From IMG/VR virus record IMGVR_UViG_3300031951_000045: a stretch of DNA of 64,000 nt; one strand, written 5' to 3'. The position numbers were made by a program, and so were the translations under genes. Shown piece after piece: positions 14,252 to 25,781 of this stretch. The DNA is from an uncultured virus (IMG/VR IMGVR_UViG_3300031951_000045). Taxonomy: Duplodnaviria > Heunggongvirae > Uroviricota > Caudoviricetes. Below the pieces are notes generated by a model that saw only the letters and a program-made list of their open reading frames with translations, searched no databases and was not told the origin of the DNA. Every line of letters begins with the position of its first letter. Position 1 is the stretch's first letter.

Positions 14252-17200
14252 ATGTCAGAAGTTAAAAGAGTAAAAATCCAATCTTTTATTGAATCACAAA
14301 TTCCAGAATTTTTAAATTCTGAATCTCCTCTGTTCAAAGAATTTTTAGAGCAATATTATATTTCACAGGAACATCAGACTGGTGTTACTGATTTAACAGT
14401 TAATTTACAAAATTATAAAAGCATTGATAATTTTAATAACGAAACATTTTACAGCACAGTTGGAATTTGTACTCTCACTTCTGATGTTGTGTCTTTTGAT
14501 GATACGATTCTCGTCAATCATACAATTGGATTTCCCCAAAAATATGGTTTATTGAAAATTGATAATGAAATTATTACATACACGGGAATTACAACAAATT
14601 CTTTTACTGGTTGTATTCGTGGTTTTTGTGGATTAGATAAAGATAATACAAATGATTTATTTAAATTTTCTTCAACAGATACTTCAGACCATACAAAAAA
14701 TTCACAGGTAATTAATTTAAATATTTTATTTTTTCAGGAATTATTTAAAAAATTCAAAACACAATTTTTACCTGGATTTGAAGATAGACAATTTGCAACT
14801 GGAATTAATTTACAAACAATATTATCAAGAGCAAAGGATTTTTATACTACAAAAGGAACTGATACTTCATTTAAAATTCTTTTTAGTGTTCTTTTTAATG
14901 AGTCAATATCTGTCATTAAACCACAAGACTATTTAATTTCTCCATCATCAAATGATTATTTGATAACTAAAAATATTTTAGTTGAACAAATAATTAGAGA
15001 TTCCACATTTAAAGTTTCGGATTCTACTTTAAGAAAAGAATTAAAAGGAAAAACAATATTTCAATCAACTTTAGATAATAAAACAGCAAGTGCATCAATT
15101 TATAATGTTGAATATAGACCAATAAATTCTGGAGATTTTATATACAATTCGGTTGGATTTGACGAAACTGCACAAAAAAATTATATCACCAAGGATTTTT
15201 ATGAAATTTCTTTAGATCGTACATCATTTATATTAAACTTTGAATCTACTAAGAAAACAAAAGTTTTAGAAAATACATTCAAAAATTCAACTTCTATTTT
15301 AGTTGATTCTACAATTGGATTTAAAAAATCTGGAACTTTATTGATTAAACCAAAAAATCTTTCAAATCCAATTGTTTTAACATACACCGATAAAACAATT
15401 AATGAATTTTTAAATGTAAGTGGTCTAACAATTGATTTAGATTATGGTGCAGAAATAATTGAAGAAAATTTCTTATACACATATTTGGATGACGGATCAA
15501 AAATTGAATTCAGATTGATTAACATTATTAATGATATTGATTATAAAGAAACATCAAATTTAAGAGTAAATGATAAAATACAACTATTTTCATTTGGTAT
15601 TGATTTAAATGACCGAATTGAATTCAATCAATGGATTTATAATGTACCAACAACGCATCTCATAAAATCAGTAGATACAGGTAGAATATATTTGTATGAA
15701 AACATTAATTTGTCTATTGGAGACCAAGTAGTATTATCTAATCCAGATTTAGTAGATGTACAAAATGTTACAGTAAGTATTGAAGGATTTGGTTTTAATG
15801 CATTTGGACATTTTATTGATACAAAAGGTCCAAATGCAAGCACATTCAAAAAAACACATTTAACAAAAATCATTAATAAAGTTTCTAGTGATCAAAATTA
15901 TTTTCCAAATGTTTCTATTTTTCCATCTTCAATTCAGAATACCTACATTGATTATAATAGTGAAAATTTTTATGTTGCTTCTTCTGGACTCCCCAATTAT
16001 GAAATTTATGCAACCGATAGAAAAACATTTGTTTCTGCAAATGTAAGTACGGGTTCAACTACAATTTTAAATTGTTCTAATCACAATTTATTTACTGGTG
16101 AAAAAATATATTATATTCAAAAATCTGGAAATGTTGGAATTAGAACTTCTGCATATTTTGTAACAAAAGTAAATGACAATCAAGTAAAATTGTCATATAG
16201 TAATTCTGATTTATTCTCAAAAACTTATGTCCCAATAAAAAATAATGTTGATGGTGATTATTTTGTTAAATTTGATTTTCAAAATAAATCATTAGGCAAT
16301 CAAAAATTATTTAAAAAATTTAATTTAGTTAAAAAATTAAATAAATTTTTTACAGATAATGATAAAAGTACTATAGATAAAGCCACTGGGATTTTAATCA
16401 ATGGTGTTGAAATATTTTCACCGACTCTTTATGATGAAAATATTTACTACGGAAAAATTAATTCGGTCATTGTTGAGAGTTCAGGAAAGGATTATGATGT
16501 TATTAATTTTTCTGGTTTAGAAGTTGATGATATTTATGGCACTGGTGCATCAGTAGAGGCAAATCTATCTGGAAGTCTGGATAAAGTAATATTATTAAAT
16601 CCTGGAATTGGATATCCAAGAAAACCAAAAATTACTTTAGTTGGAGGAAATGGATCAGGAGCAGTTTTAGAGTCAAACTTAGTAAAAACTAAAATCGTAT
16701 CAAAATTTAACCCAAGTTCCGCCATCAGCATTGGATCAAGCACAATACAGTTTTTGACTAATCATAATTTTGATGACGGAGAAGAAGTATCTTATATTAA
16801 TGATTCTAATGGAAATGTATCACCATTAATAAACAATTCAAATTATTTCGTAGGTATAGTAAGTGCAACACAACTGAAATTATATAAAACTAAGGAAAAT
16901 GCATTAGGAAAAAATAGTCCTATTACTTTCACTGGGATTGGTTCAGGAATACACTCTTTAAAAACCTTAAATTCAAAAAATACAATCACAAAAATTTATG
17001 TAAAAGAAAAAGGAAAAAATTATTCAAATAGATCGGTCAAAATACCAAGTGATTTATCATCAAATAACCAAAATAATGGAATAAACACATTTGATGATTA
17101 TATTTTTGCAAAAGAACACAATTTTAAAAATGAAGATGTAGTAATATACTCCACAAGTGGCACTTCAATATCTGGATTATCAACTCAAACAAATTATTAT

Positions 17201-20200
17201 GTTACTGTAATTGATAGCAATAGATTTAAATTATCAGTTTTTGGATCTTCTGAAAATCAAAGAATTAATTATGATAATAAAAAATATGTTAGGTTTTCTT
17301 CTGTAGGGGTAGGAACTCACATTTTCTCATATCCACCAATTCAAATTGAAATTGAACACGTTTCTGGAATTGCAACTTCACCATCGGCAGAACCGATAGT
17401 TCTTGGATCAATTGAAAATGTTTTTATCACAAATGATGGAAAAAATTATGGTTCTCCTGATACATTAAATTATCACAGAAAACCTAGAGTTGGAATTTTC
17501 AGTATTCTTTCTGAATGTATTCTAAAACCAGTTTTGTTGAATGGTTCTATTGTTGATGTTCAAATATTAAACTCTGGTAGAGGATACGGGAAAGACATTG
17601 ATATAAAGATATTTGGCAAAGGAAAATATGCAGAATTATATCCAATTGTAACAAATGGAAAAATAACAAGTATTAATATTTTGAATTCTGGTATAGGTTA
17701 TGATGAAAAGACTACGTTACTTATTCAAAGAAGAGGTTTAGGTGCAAGATTTAGTGCCAATATTTTTGAATGGAAAATTAATCAAGTAGAAAAAAACAAA
17801 AAAATTATTTCACCCAATGATGGGGGTTTAATTGTACCTAGTAAAAACAACGAAACAACACTGGAATTTATTCATTTTTATCCACCAAAAAATCTAAGAT
17901 TTAAAGTTAATAATTTTATTGATAAAGATAATAATGAAATCTTACCAGACAATAATCAAAATCCATATAAAATTTTAGGGTGGGCTTACGATGGAAATCC
18001 AATTTTTGGACCATATGGAAAAGTTAATGGTGAGTCAAAATTATTACAATCAAGCTATAAACTAAAAAATTCTGGTGAAATCGGAATTTCAATTTCAAAT
18101 CAACTGAGACCCAATTTTGGATCAGGATTTTTTGTACAAGATTATCTTTATGATAGGGGAACTGGAGATTTAGATGAATATAATGGAATGTTTATTAATG
18201 ACAAAAATTTACCAAATATTAACTATGGTTACTTTTCAACGATTTCTAATGATGAAAAAGAACCACAGTATCCATATACAGTACCTTTGAATTTTAAAGA
18301 TTTACCAATAGAAGAAAATTTTAATCCGTTATTTAATCAAGATTTTAATTTTGAATCCTTAGATATTGTTAGAAATATTGGACCTTATTATTTGAATTCA
18401 AGTAATTCTTCTTATGATTTAATTGATAAAATTGATTCAAAATATAAACAAGAATTTATTGTTAAAGATATAAGTTCTTCTGGTATAACTTCAATTTCTA
18501 TTTTTGAACCAGGTGATAATTATAAAGTAGGAGAATTAATTAAATTTGACAGTAAATCTTCTGGTGGAAATTCAGTTTCTGCTGAGATTTCTAGGATAAA
18601 AGGAAAAAACGTATCAAATGTACAGGTTGGAATTTTAACATTTACTGATGTAAATTTCATCACAAAGGGTGTTTCAATAAAAGGAATTACAAATCAACCA
18701 CATAATCTAATTAGTGATGATGAAATCATTATATCCAATTTGTCATCAAGTGAATTTAATCATTTGGAAGGAACTAAAAAAATATATGTTTTCCAAAACA
18801 GTGCAGGATTAGTAGAAAACCTAGAGAGTCAATCAGTTACTGGAGTGACAACATACGTTAAAGTTACCGATGTATCTGGATTTGAAGTTGATAATTTTAT
18901 AGGAATAGGAACAGAAGTTTTAAAAATAATCAACATTTCTTCAACGGAATCAAAATTATACGTAAATAGATTTGATAATTATTCTGGAATACACAGTGTA
19001 GGATTTGCAACTGTAACTTTGTTGCCAAATACATTTACATTTTCAACTCAAAAATATGAAGATGATATAGTTGAAAATAAAACTGTTTATTTCAATCCAA
19101 GCAATACGATTGGAATTGGAACAACTGGTTCAATTTATTATAACATAGTCGGATTTCAAACTGCTTTCGGAACTTTAAATGCAACAGGTCTCAGCACAGT
19201 TGGTGTAAATACTACTTTATTGGAAATTGGTGATTATGTATTTGGGACTAATATTCAAAATAACACAACTATAACATCAATTGGGATTGGTTCAATTACA
19301 ATAACACCAGACCACACTCTTGGTGGTGGGATATCAACAAATTTATTGACATTTTCAAGGAAAATATACGATAAAACTGTTCCAAGTCGTTCAATATACA
19401 TACCAAGTCACAAATTTTATACTGGACAATCTATTACTTATAATGTTGGGTTGGTTGGAAATGGCATTGTGGTTTCTGAAACTGGGACAGGAACAACATT
19501 TAGATTAGCAAACAACCAAACAGTATATACAGTTAATTTAGGAAAAGATTATGTTGGTCTATCTACTTTAGGATTTACTACTAGTACTGGAATTGGAACG
19601 ACACAAAATTCTTTATATTTTAGAAGTCCTATTGAAAATATTGGTTTGGCTCATTCTTTGACAACTCAATATGAAAAAATTAAGGGGAAAGTAAATAATT
19701 ATTCAGTAGTCGTTTCAACTTCTCAAACACACGGTTTGCAAACAGGTGACAATATTAAATTTAATTTTGAACAAAGTAACACAAATACTATAAAATTAAG
19801 ATACGACAAAGTAATTAGAAAAATAACTACAGAACTTATTGATTTTGACCCCTTATCGGGAATAAACACACTCACAAATGAAATTAATATTCCTGGAAAT
19901 AATTTAAAAACAGGAGATAAGATTGTTTATTATACTAATGACCAAACTTCTGTTGGTGGATTATCTACAAATGCTGTGTATTATGTTTTAAAACAAAATC
20001 CAGATAAAATTAAGTTATCAAGTTATCAATATGATGCTAATGTTGGAATTGCAATTACTTTGACTTCTGTTGGTGCAGGATTAACTCACAATTTTGCTCT
20101 CGTCAATCCACCAATCAATATTTTAAATGGAAATATAATATCCTTTGATTTAACTGATGGTAGTCTTTCAAATATGGATTTGAGACTATATGCAGATTCC

Positions 20201-22642
20201 AATTTTAGTAAAGAAATAGAAACATTCAAATATCTTAATTATGACACTAATAGAGTCAAAGAATTGAATACCAAGTTGTCTTTGCCAACTGAAATCTATT
20301 ATAATTTAATTTCACTTTCTAAAAATGAAGATGAAAAAAATCAATTGTCTTCAGATAAAGAAGTAAATGGATTCAATAAAATTAAAATAATCCCAAATAA
20401 TATTAACACTTACCATTCTATAATAAAAACAGGAAATTCGCAGTTTAAATTTAATTTAAACGTTATTCCAGAACCACTCACATTTATTTCTGGATTATCA
20501 ACATCATACTATGATACTGATTCAAAAAATGTTGTTGGTCCAATATCAAATCTTAGAGTTAATTTTGGAGGAAGAGGATATAAGAAAATTCCAAAAATTT
20601 CTTCAATTACTACAACATCAGGAAAAGGTGCAGCATTAGAAGCAAAATCTTCTACTATTGGAAAAATAGAAAATTTAGAAAGAGTAAAAGATGGATTTGA
20701 TTATCCAAGTGATACTACACTAAAACCTTTTTTAAGTGTTCCTGCTGTTGCTCAAATAGGAGATATTTCAAGAATAGAATATGTTGGTATTATAACTGGA
20801 GGAAATGGATATAATACTGCACCTACTTTAAAAGTTTTGGGGAATAATAAAATTAAATTATCGGCCAAATTGCAAAGTGGTAGTGTAATTGGTGTTGATA
20901 TTGTTGAGAATACTAATGATTTGATAACTCCATTGAGAATTGTACCTATAAGAAATTCCAATGGTTATGAAATTGATAGTGTTGTTGCCTCCAATGATGG
21001 TTCTACTGTAACTTTAGAACTTCTTAATAATTCAGAATTATTTCCACTAATTACAACTGGTTATGGAACAACTGATGTTGTATTTCCATTTACTGAAGGT
21101 GATGAAATTTTCATAGAAAACTGCAGGCAAGTGGATAGAACTAAAGATAATATAAACTCCAAAGATTATAGTTATAGATTTTTTACGGTAACTTCAGTGA
21201 GTTCTCAAAATTTTACTGTCACTTTTAGTATGACTGGTGTTAAAGATTCATTGAATTTAAATCAAAATAATGGAGAATCAAATTATGAAAATGGATTTGG
21301 ATATGGTTATGTAGTGAATAAAAAAGATATGGCCGTGTTTGAAATGAATTTGGTTGATGATTTGAGTTATATTTCTGGAGAAAATGTTTTTGGATATGAT
21401 AATAGAGGAAATTCAGTATTTTCTGCAAAAGTTGCAGAAAATGGTTGGGATAATGAAATTAACCAATTGAGAATGGTAGATGCAAAAGGAGAACTAGAAG
21501 TTGGAAATAAATTAAAAGGTGAAAAATCACTACTAAATGGAACAGTAAAAGACGTAAATAAATTTAATTTAAAAGCAAATCTAGGTGTCTCAAGAGATAA
21601 AGTAAATGAAAGCAAAAATCAAAGTGGATTTTTGAATGATTATTTACAAAGACTCTCAGATAATTTTTATTATCAAAGATTTTCTTATGCAATTAAGAGT
21701 CAGATTTCTTATGATAAGTGGAAAGAACCAATCAAATCTCTAATTCATCCATCAGGATTTAAAGAATTTTCCGATTTAGATATTGTGAGTATTCCATCTT
21801 CAAATGTAAAAGTTGGAATTAGTAGTAATGATTTAAATCTTAGTGTTTTGATGGATAATATCCAGTCACTTTACACTAAAAATAATTTTACATTAGTTTC
21901 AGAAGATGATGATAATTTATTTGAAGATGGATCAATTGAAAGAATTAATGTAGGTGCAGAAGAAGGAAATATTGCTGGAGTTGGAACTTTTGGTCCTATC
22001 TTTGGGGTTCCCCTCAAAGAGTATATTTTAAATAAAACAAATAAAGTTTTATTGATGAATGACATCAGTGATCAGTTTGATGGGTCAAATGATTACATTT
22101 CAATAGGAATTACCACAGCAACATTTAATGCTCTAAATCAATATTATGTTGGAATTTCCACAGAAAATTTAAAAATAGGTGATTATATTGGAAATTCTGA
22201 ATTTTTAATTCCAGAGGCAACATTAGTTGATGAAATTGGAATTAACAGTATCAGAATAAATTTACCTCATCGTTTGCAAGTGGGAATTGATACGACTGAT
22301 GTATCAATTAGAAGAAAATTACCTGGAAATAAAGTCGTAGGTAAAACATCATTTGAACTCACATCTGGAATTAGTTCGGAAAAAGTACCATTATATTATC
22401 GTGAATTCAATTCTAATTCTTCCCAAATTTTGAATTTAGATAATAATATAATCAATCTAAAGAGTCATAATTTCCAAACTGGTCAAAAAATATTTTACAA
22501 CAGATCTATTATTGATTCCCAACCAGTTGGATCTGCAACAACTGAAGTTGATAATGCATTTTCATATAATGTTTCTAATAAATTTGATTCAAATACAATT
22601 ATGAGACTTGATATGACTATATTCAAGTTTGATTCAAATTAA
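14252..22642 (+). CDS. gp7-like baseplate wedge initiator, N-terminal large part (2796 aa)
   Basis: Follows g6; KDFYTTKGT, GWAYDGNPIFGPYG, YYQRFSYAIKS...HPSGF motifs of giant cyanophage gp7. Confidence 0.75.
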   Translation: MSEVKRVKIQSFIESQIPEFLNSESPLFKEFLEQYYISQEHQTGVTDLTVNLQNYKSIDNFNNETFYSTVGICTLTSDVVSFDDTILVNHTIGFPQKYGLLKIDNEIITYTGITTNSFTGCIRGFCGLDKDNTNDLFKFSSTDTSDHTKNSQVINLNILFFQELFKKFKTQFLPGFEDRQFATGINLQTILSRAKDFYTTKGTDTSFKILFSVLFNESISVIKPQDYLISPSSNDYLITKNILVEQIIRDSTFKVSDSTLRKELKGKTIFQSTLDNKTASASIYNVEYRPINSGDFIYNSVGFDETAQKNYITKDFYEISLDRTSFILNFESTKKTKVLENTFKNSTSILVDSTIGFKKSGTLLIKPKNLSNPIVLTYTDKTINEFLNVSGLTIDLDYGAEIIEENFLYTYLDDGSKIEFRLINIINDIDYKETSNLRVNDKIQLFSFGIDLNDRIEFNQWIYNVPTTHLIKSVDTGRIYLYENINLSIGDQVVLSNPDLVDVQNVTVSIEGFGFNAFGHFIDTKGPNASTFKKTHLTKIINKVSSDQNYFPNVSIFPSSIQNTYIDYNSENFYVASSGLPNYEIYATDRKTFVSANVSTGSTTILNCSNHNLFTGEKIYYIQKSGNVGIRTSAYFVTKVNDNQVKLSYSNSDLFSKTYVPIKNNVDGDYFVKFDFQNKSLGNQKLFKKFNLVKKLNKFFTDNDKSTIDKATGILINGVEIFSPTLYDENIYYGKINSVIVESSGKDYDVINFSGLEVDDIYGTGASVEANLSGSLDKVILLNPGIGYPRKPKITLVGGNGSGAVLESNLVKTKIVSKFNPSSAISIGSSTIQFLTNHNFDDGEEVSYINDSNGNVSPLINNSNYFVGIVSATQLKLYKTKENALGKNSPITFTGIGSGIHSLKTLNSKNTITKIYVKEKGKNYSNRSVKIPSDLSSNNQNNGINTFDDYIFAKEHNFKNEDVVIYSTSGTSISGLSTQTNYYVTVIDSNRFKLSVFGSSENQRINYDNKKYVRFSSVGVGTHIFSYPPIQIEIEHVSGIATSPSAEPIVLGSIENVFITNDGKNYGSPDTLNYHRKPRVGIFSILSECILKPVLLNGSIVDVQILNSGRGYGKDIDIKIFGKGKYAELYPIVTNGKITSINILNSGIGYDEKTTLLIQRRGLGARFSANIFEWKINQVEKNKKIISPNDGGLIVPSKNNETTLEFIHFYPPKNLRFKVNNFIDKDNNEILPDNNQNPYKILGWAYDGNPIFGPYGKVNGESKLLQSSYKLKNSGEIGISISNQLRPNFGSGFFVQDYLYDRGTGDLDEYNGMFINDKNLPNINYGYFSTISNDEKEPQYPYTVPLNFKDLPIEENFNPLFNQDFNFESLDIVRNIGPYYLNSSNSSYDLIDKIDSKYKQEFIVKDISSSGITSISIFEPGDNYKVGELIKFDSKSSGGNSVSAEISRIKGKNVSNVQVGILTFTDVNFITKGVSIKGITNQPHNLISDDEIIISNLSSSEFNHLEGTKKIYVFQNSAGLVENLESQSVTGVTTYVKVTDVSGFEVDNFIGIGTEVLKIINISSTESKLYVNRFDNYSGIHSVGFATVTLLPNTFTFSTQKYEDDIVENKTVYFNPSNTIGIGTTGSIYYNIVGFQTAFGTLNATGLSTVGVNTTLLEIGDYVFGTNIQNNTTITSIGIGSITITPDHTLGGGISTNLLTFSRKIYDKTVPSRSIYIPSHKFYTGQSITYNVGLVGNGIVVSETGTGTTFRLANNQTVYTVNLGKDYVGLSTLGFTTSTGIGTTQNSLYFRSPIENIGLAHSLTTQYEKIKGKVNNYSVVVSTSQTHGLQTGDNIKFNFEQSNTNTIKLRYDKVIRKITTELIDFDPLSGINTLTNEINIPGNNLKTGDKIVYYTNDQTSVGGLSTNAVYYVLKQNPDKIKLSSYQYDANVGIAITLTSVGAGLTHNFALVNPPINILNGNIISFDLTDGSLSNMDLRLYADSNFSKEIETFKYLNYDTNRVKELNTKLSLPTEIYYNLISLSKNEDEKNQLSSDKEVNGFNKIKIIPNNINTYHSIIKTGNSQFKFNLNVIPEPLTFISGLSTSYYDTDSKNVVGPISNLRVNFGGRGYKKIPKISSITTTSGKGAALEAKSSTIGKIENLERVKDGFDYPSDTTLKPFLSVPAVAQIGDISRIEYVGIITGGNGYNTAPTLKVLGNNKIKLSAKLQSGSVIGVDIVENTNDLITPLRIVPIRNSNGYEIDSVVASNDGSTVTLELLNNSELFPLITTGYGTTDVVFPFTEGDEIFIENCRQVDRTKDNINSKDYSYRFFTVTSVSSQNFTVTFSMTGVKDSLNLNQNNGESNYENGFGYGYVVNKKDMAVFEMNLVDDLSYISGENVFGYDNRGNSVFSAKVAENGWDNEINQLRMVDAKGELEVGNKLKGEKSLLNGTVKDVNKFNLKANLGVSRDKVNESKNQSGFLNDYLQRLSDNFYYQRFSYAIKSQISYDKWKEPIKSLIHPSGFKEFSDLDIVSIPSSNVKVGISSNDLNLSVLMDNIQSLYTKNNFTLVSEDDDNLFEDGSIERINVGAEEGNIAGVGTFGPIFGVPLKEYILNKTNKVLLMNDISDQFDGSNDYISIGITTATFNALNQYYVGISTENLKIGDYIGNSEFLIPEATLVDEIGINSIRINLPHRLQVGIDTTDVSIRRKLPGNKVVGKTSFELTSGISSEKVPLYYREFNSNSSQILNLDNNIINLKSHNFQTGQKIFYNRSIIDSQPVGSATTEVDNAFSYNVSNKFDSNTIMRLDMTIFKFDSN

Positions 22643-22644
22643 AC

Positions 22645-22652
22645 CATAAATA
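22645..22652 (+). promoter_or_regulatory. T4-type late promoter
   Basis: CATAAATA just upstream of the fibre gene. Confidence 0.55.
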
Positions 22653-22674
22653 ATCAAAAGAAACACATTACCTA

Positions 22675-24408
22675 ATGGCAAGACTAGGGATATTTACTGG
22701 AACTACACCAAACGATGGAACTGGAGATACTTTATCTCAAGGTGCAGTAAAAGTTAATAGTAATTTTAGTGAAATTTATACTGCAATTGGTGATGGTACT
22801 AACATCACCAATACGATTTCTTTTGCGAACACCTCTACTAATGTAGTGGGGGGAATTGCTTCAGTAACAAGTTTAAATGTTTCTGGTGGAATTTCTACTG
22901 TTGGTTTTTTAACTGCAACTAACATAAATGTTGTTGGAATTGTAACTGCTTCTAGTTTTACAGGAAACTTAACAGGTACAGCAACTACGGCTAATAACGT
23001 AAGTTCTACTATTAACATAAACACCACTGGTATTGTAACTGCTTCTAGTTTTACAGGAAACTTAACAGGAACAGCAACTACCGCATCTAATTTACCTTCA
23101 AATATAAACATCAATACATCAGGTATTATAACTGCTTCAAGTTTTGTAGGTAACTTAACAGGTACAGCAACTACAGCAGTTGGTTTAGGTACAACTTCAA
23201 GCATTAACACTACAGGAATTATAACTGCTTCAAGTTTTGTAGGTAACTTAACAGGTACAGCAACTACAGCAGTTGGTTTAGGTACAACTTCAAGCATTAA
23301 CACTACAGGAATTATAACTGCTTCAAGTTTTGTAGGTAACTTAACAGGTACAGCAACTACAGCAACTACAGCAGTTGGTTTAGGTACAACTTCAAGCATT
23401 AACACTACAGGAATTATAACTGCTTCAAGTTTTGTAGGTAACTTAACAGGTACAGCAACTACAGCAACTACAGCAGTTGGTTTAGGTACAACTTCAAGCA
23501 TTAACACTACAGGAATTATAACTGCTTCAAGTTTTGTTGGAACACAGTCAATAACAATTGATGGGTCAACATTAATTGGAACAAATATACTTTCACTTTC
23601 TGGTGTTTCTAGTGACTTTACAACAGTTGGTTCTCAAACTTTTACCGTTCCAGCAGGAGTTACAAAAATATCAGCAATCGTAATTGCTGGTGGTGGAGGT
23701 GGTGGAGCAGGACAAGGTGGAAATGGAGGTTCTGGGGGTGGAGGGGGTGGTTTAAGATATATTAACGACCATCCAGTTGCACCAGGTCAAGTATTAAGCA
23801 TTTCAGTAGGAAATGGTGGAAATGGTGGAAATGGTGGAAATGGCAGTGCTGGTGGCACTTCTGAAATCACTGGGATTGTAACTGCTTATGGTGGATCTGG
23901 AGGATCAACATCTCAAGGAGGGTCTGCTTTGGGTGGAACTGGAAGTACAATTTCGGGAAATATTGGAGGATCTAATGGTGGCAATGGTGGAGGTGGAACT
24001 TTAACAACTGGTGGTGGTGGAGGTGGTGCAGGAGGATATACTGGAAATGGAGGAGATGGTTCACCTGCAACTGGAAATAATGGAACTGGAGGTTCTGGAG
24101 CAGGTGGAGGAGGTCTCGGGTCTGGTGGAGGTGGAGTTGGATTGCTTGGATTATCATCAAGTGGAACTGGGGCATCAGTTCAGGGAGGAGGTGGTGGATC
24201 TGGTGGTTCTAATGGAACAACTGGGTCAGATGGTCAAAATGGAAGTCCTGGAGGAAACTATGGAGCAGGTGGTGGAGGAGGTGAAAATGGTAGTGCCACT
24301 CTTGGAGGAAATGGTGCTCAAGGTGCAGTAAGGATATTATGGACTCCAAATTCCAAGTTCTCAAGACTCTATCCATCACATCAAGTTGGAAACACTATAA
24401 ATCAATAA
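22675..24408 (+). CDS. tail-fibre-like protein with tandem repeats and a Gly-rich C-terminal domain
   Basis: N-terminal GTTPNDGTGDTL...KVNSNFSEIY (gp9/gp10-type anchor); GIITASSF repeats; TFTVPAGVTKI..GGGG domain. Confidence 0.75.
   Translation: MARLGIFTGTTPNDGTGDTLSQGAVKVNSNFSEIYTAIGDGTNITNTISFANTSTNVVGGIASVTSLNVSGGISTVGFLTATNINVVGIVTASSFTGNLTGTATTANNVSSTININTTGIVTASSFTGNLTGTATTASNLPSNININTSGIITASSFVGNLTGTATTAVGLGTTSSINTTGIITASSFVGNLTGTATTAVGLGTTSSINTTGIITASSFVGNLTGTATTATTAVGLGTTSSINTTGIITASSFVGNLTGTATTATTAVGLGTTSSINTTGIITASSFVGTQSITIDGSTLIGTNILSLSGVSSDFTTVGSQTFTVPAGVTKISAIVIAGGGGGGAGQGGNGGSGGGGGGLRYINDHPVAPGQVLSISVGNGGNGGNGGNGSAGGTSEITGIVTAYGGSGGSTSQGGSALGGTGSTISGNIGGSNGGNGGGGTLTTGGGGGGAGGYTGNGGDGSPATGNNGTGGSGAGGGGLGSGGGGVGLLGLSSSGTGASVQGGGGGSGGSNGTTGSDGQNGSPGGNYGAGGGGGENGSATLGGNGAQGAVRILWTPNSKFSRLYPSHQVGNTINQ
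23125..23537 (+). repeat. Near-perfect in-frame tandem repeat (93, 93, 102, 102 bp plus a partial unit)
   Basis: Units start at 23125, 23218, 23311, 23413 and 23515 and differ only by one ACAGCAACT copy. Confidence 0.95.
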
Positions 24409-24423
24409 AGGTATTAAACAAAA

Positions 24424-25713
24424 ATGGCAAACAACATAGGAGTATTTTTTAATATAAATGATAATGATGGAATACCTTTGGTTGGTGTTTCCACCGATGG
24501 AAGAGTGTTTCTTGATCCTTTTTATGGTAATGTTGGTGTTGGTATAACAAATCCATCAGCAAAACTTCACGTTTTTGGAGATTCTTTAATTACTGGAATT
24601 GTAACTGCTTCTAGTTTTGTAGGTAACTTAACTGGAACAGCAACTACAGCAGTTGGTTTAGGTACAACATCAAACATTAACACTACAGGAATTATAACTG
24701 CTTCAAGTTTTGTAGGTAACTTAACAGGTACAGCAACTACAGCAACTACAGCAACTACAGCAACTACAGCATCAAATCTCACCAAAACTGTAACTGCAGG
24801 ATCTGGATTAAATGGTGGTGGAACATTAACCTCCAATGTAACTCTTGATGTTAATGTTGGAACTGGCATTACCATTAGTTCTGATTCAGTCGCACTTAAA
24901 AATGGAGATAATTTAACTGATAATAGAATTTTAAAATGGAATGGTGGTAGTGGGCAATTAACTGATAGTATTATTACTGATACTGGAACTAATATTGGTA
25001 TTGGTTCTACACAACCAACATCAAAATTTGAAGTTATTGGTGATGCTTCAATTTCTGGCAATCTTAAACTTAATACTATTGATCTAGGAAATAATACAGA
25101 TACTACAATTTCTCGTTCTTCTGCAGGTGTTGTTTTCATTGAAGACCAAGAAGTAGTGACAACCACAAGAGATCAACTATTACAAAACAAAACTTATATA
25201 ATTCCATTCGTTCAAGGTCAAGGAGTGTCTTTAATTAGTGGATCCGAGACTACTTACCAATATTTGTTTCCTGAACTATTCCCATCTATTACTTTGAGTG
25301 TAGGAACTTATGAAATGTTTGCATATATTATAGCATCAAGAACAATTACCGGTGCTGCTTCTTCGTCATTAAGAATTCGGAATATTGCAGTATCTTCAGC
25401 TGCAACTGGAACATTTACTGGTACATCTACTGGAAGTTCCCCTAGTTTTTCTAATATTTTAAGCCACCATCTTTCCCAGAGCATCACAGACCCAATGATT
25501 ATAACACCATCAGGAAATAATAGTGGAAATTATATTTCTAAGATATCTGGAATTTTAAGAATAGGTGTTGCTGGGAACTATATTCCTGGGTATTCTATGT
25601 CAGCAACTATAAACAGTTCCGTGACCTGCGGTAGTTATAATTATATGATACTTAGAAAAATATCTAGTTCTGGATCTATTGTAGCGCAAGGTGGTTGGGG
25701 AGCTATTCCGTAA
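24424..25713 (+). CDS. tail-fibre-like protein
   Basis: GNVGVGITNPSAKLHV and GIGSTQP motifs; shares the GIITASSFVGNLTGTATTA repeat with the upstream gene. Confidence 0.7.
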   Translation: MANNIGVFFNINDNDGIPLVGVSTDGRVFLDPFYGNVGVGITNPSAKLHVFGDSLITGIVTASSFVGNLTGTATTAVGLGTTSNINTTGIITASSFVGNLTGTATTATTATTATTASNLTKTVTAGSGLNGGGTLTSNVTLDVNVGTGITISSDSVALKNGDNLTDNRILKWNGGSGQLTDSIITDTGTNIGIGSTQPTSKFEVIGDASISGNLKLNTIDLGNNTDTTISRSSAGVVFIEDQEVVTTTRDQLLQNKTYIIPFVQGQGVSLISGSETTYQYLFPELFPSITLSVGTYEMFAYIIASRTITGAASSSLRIRNIAVSSAATGTFTGTSTGSSPSFSNILSHHLSQSITDPMIITPSGNNSGNYISKISGILRIGVAGNYIPGYSMSATINSSVTCGSYNYMILRKISSSGSIVAQGGWGAIP

Positions 25714-25781
25714 AAAATTATTTTATTAATCTATAGATTGCAACAATAAATATAAAAAGCACTGATTAAGTAAAAATATTA

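Noticed and set aside
22940..24775. Diversity-generating retroelement TR/VR pair
   Set aside because: No reverse transcriptase, and the copies differ by indels and synonymous changes rather than adenine-specific substitutions
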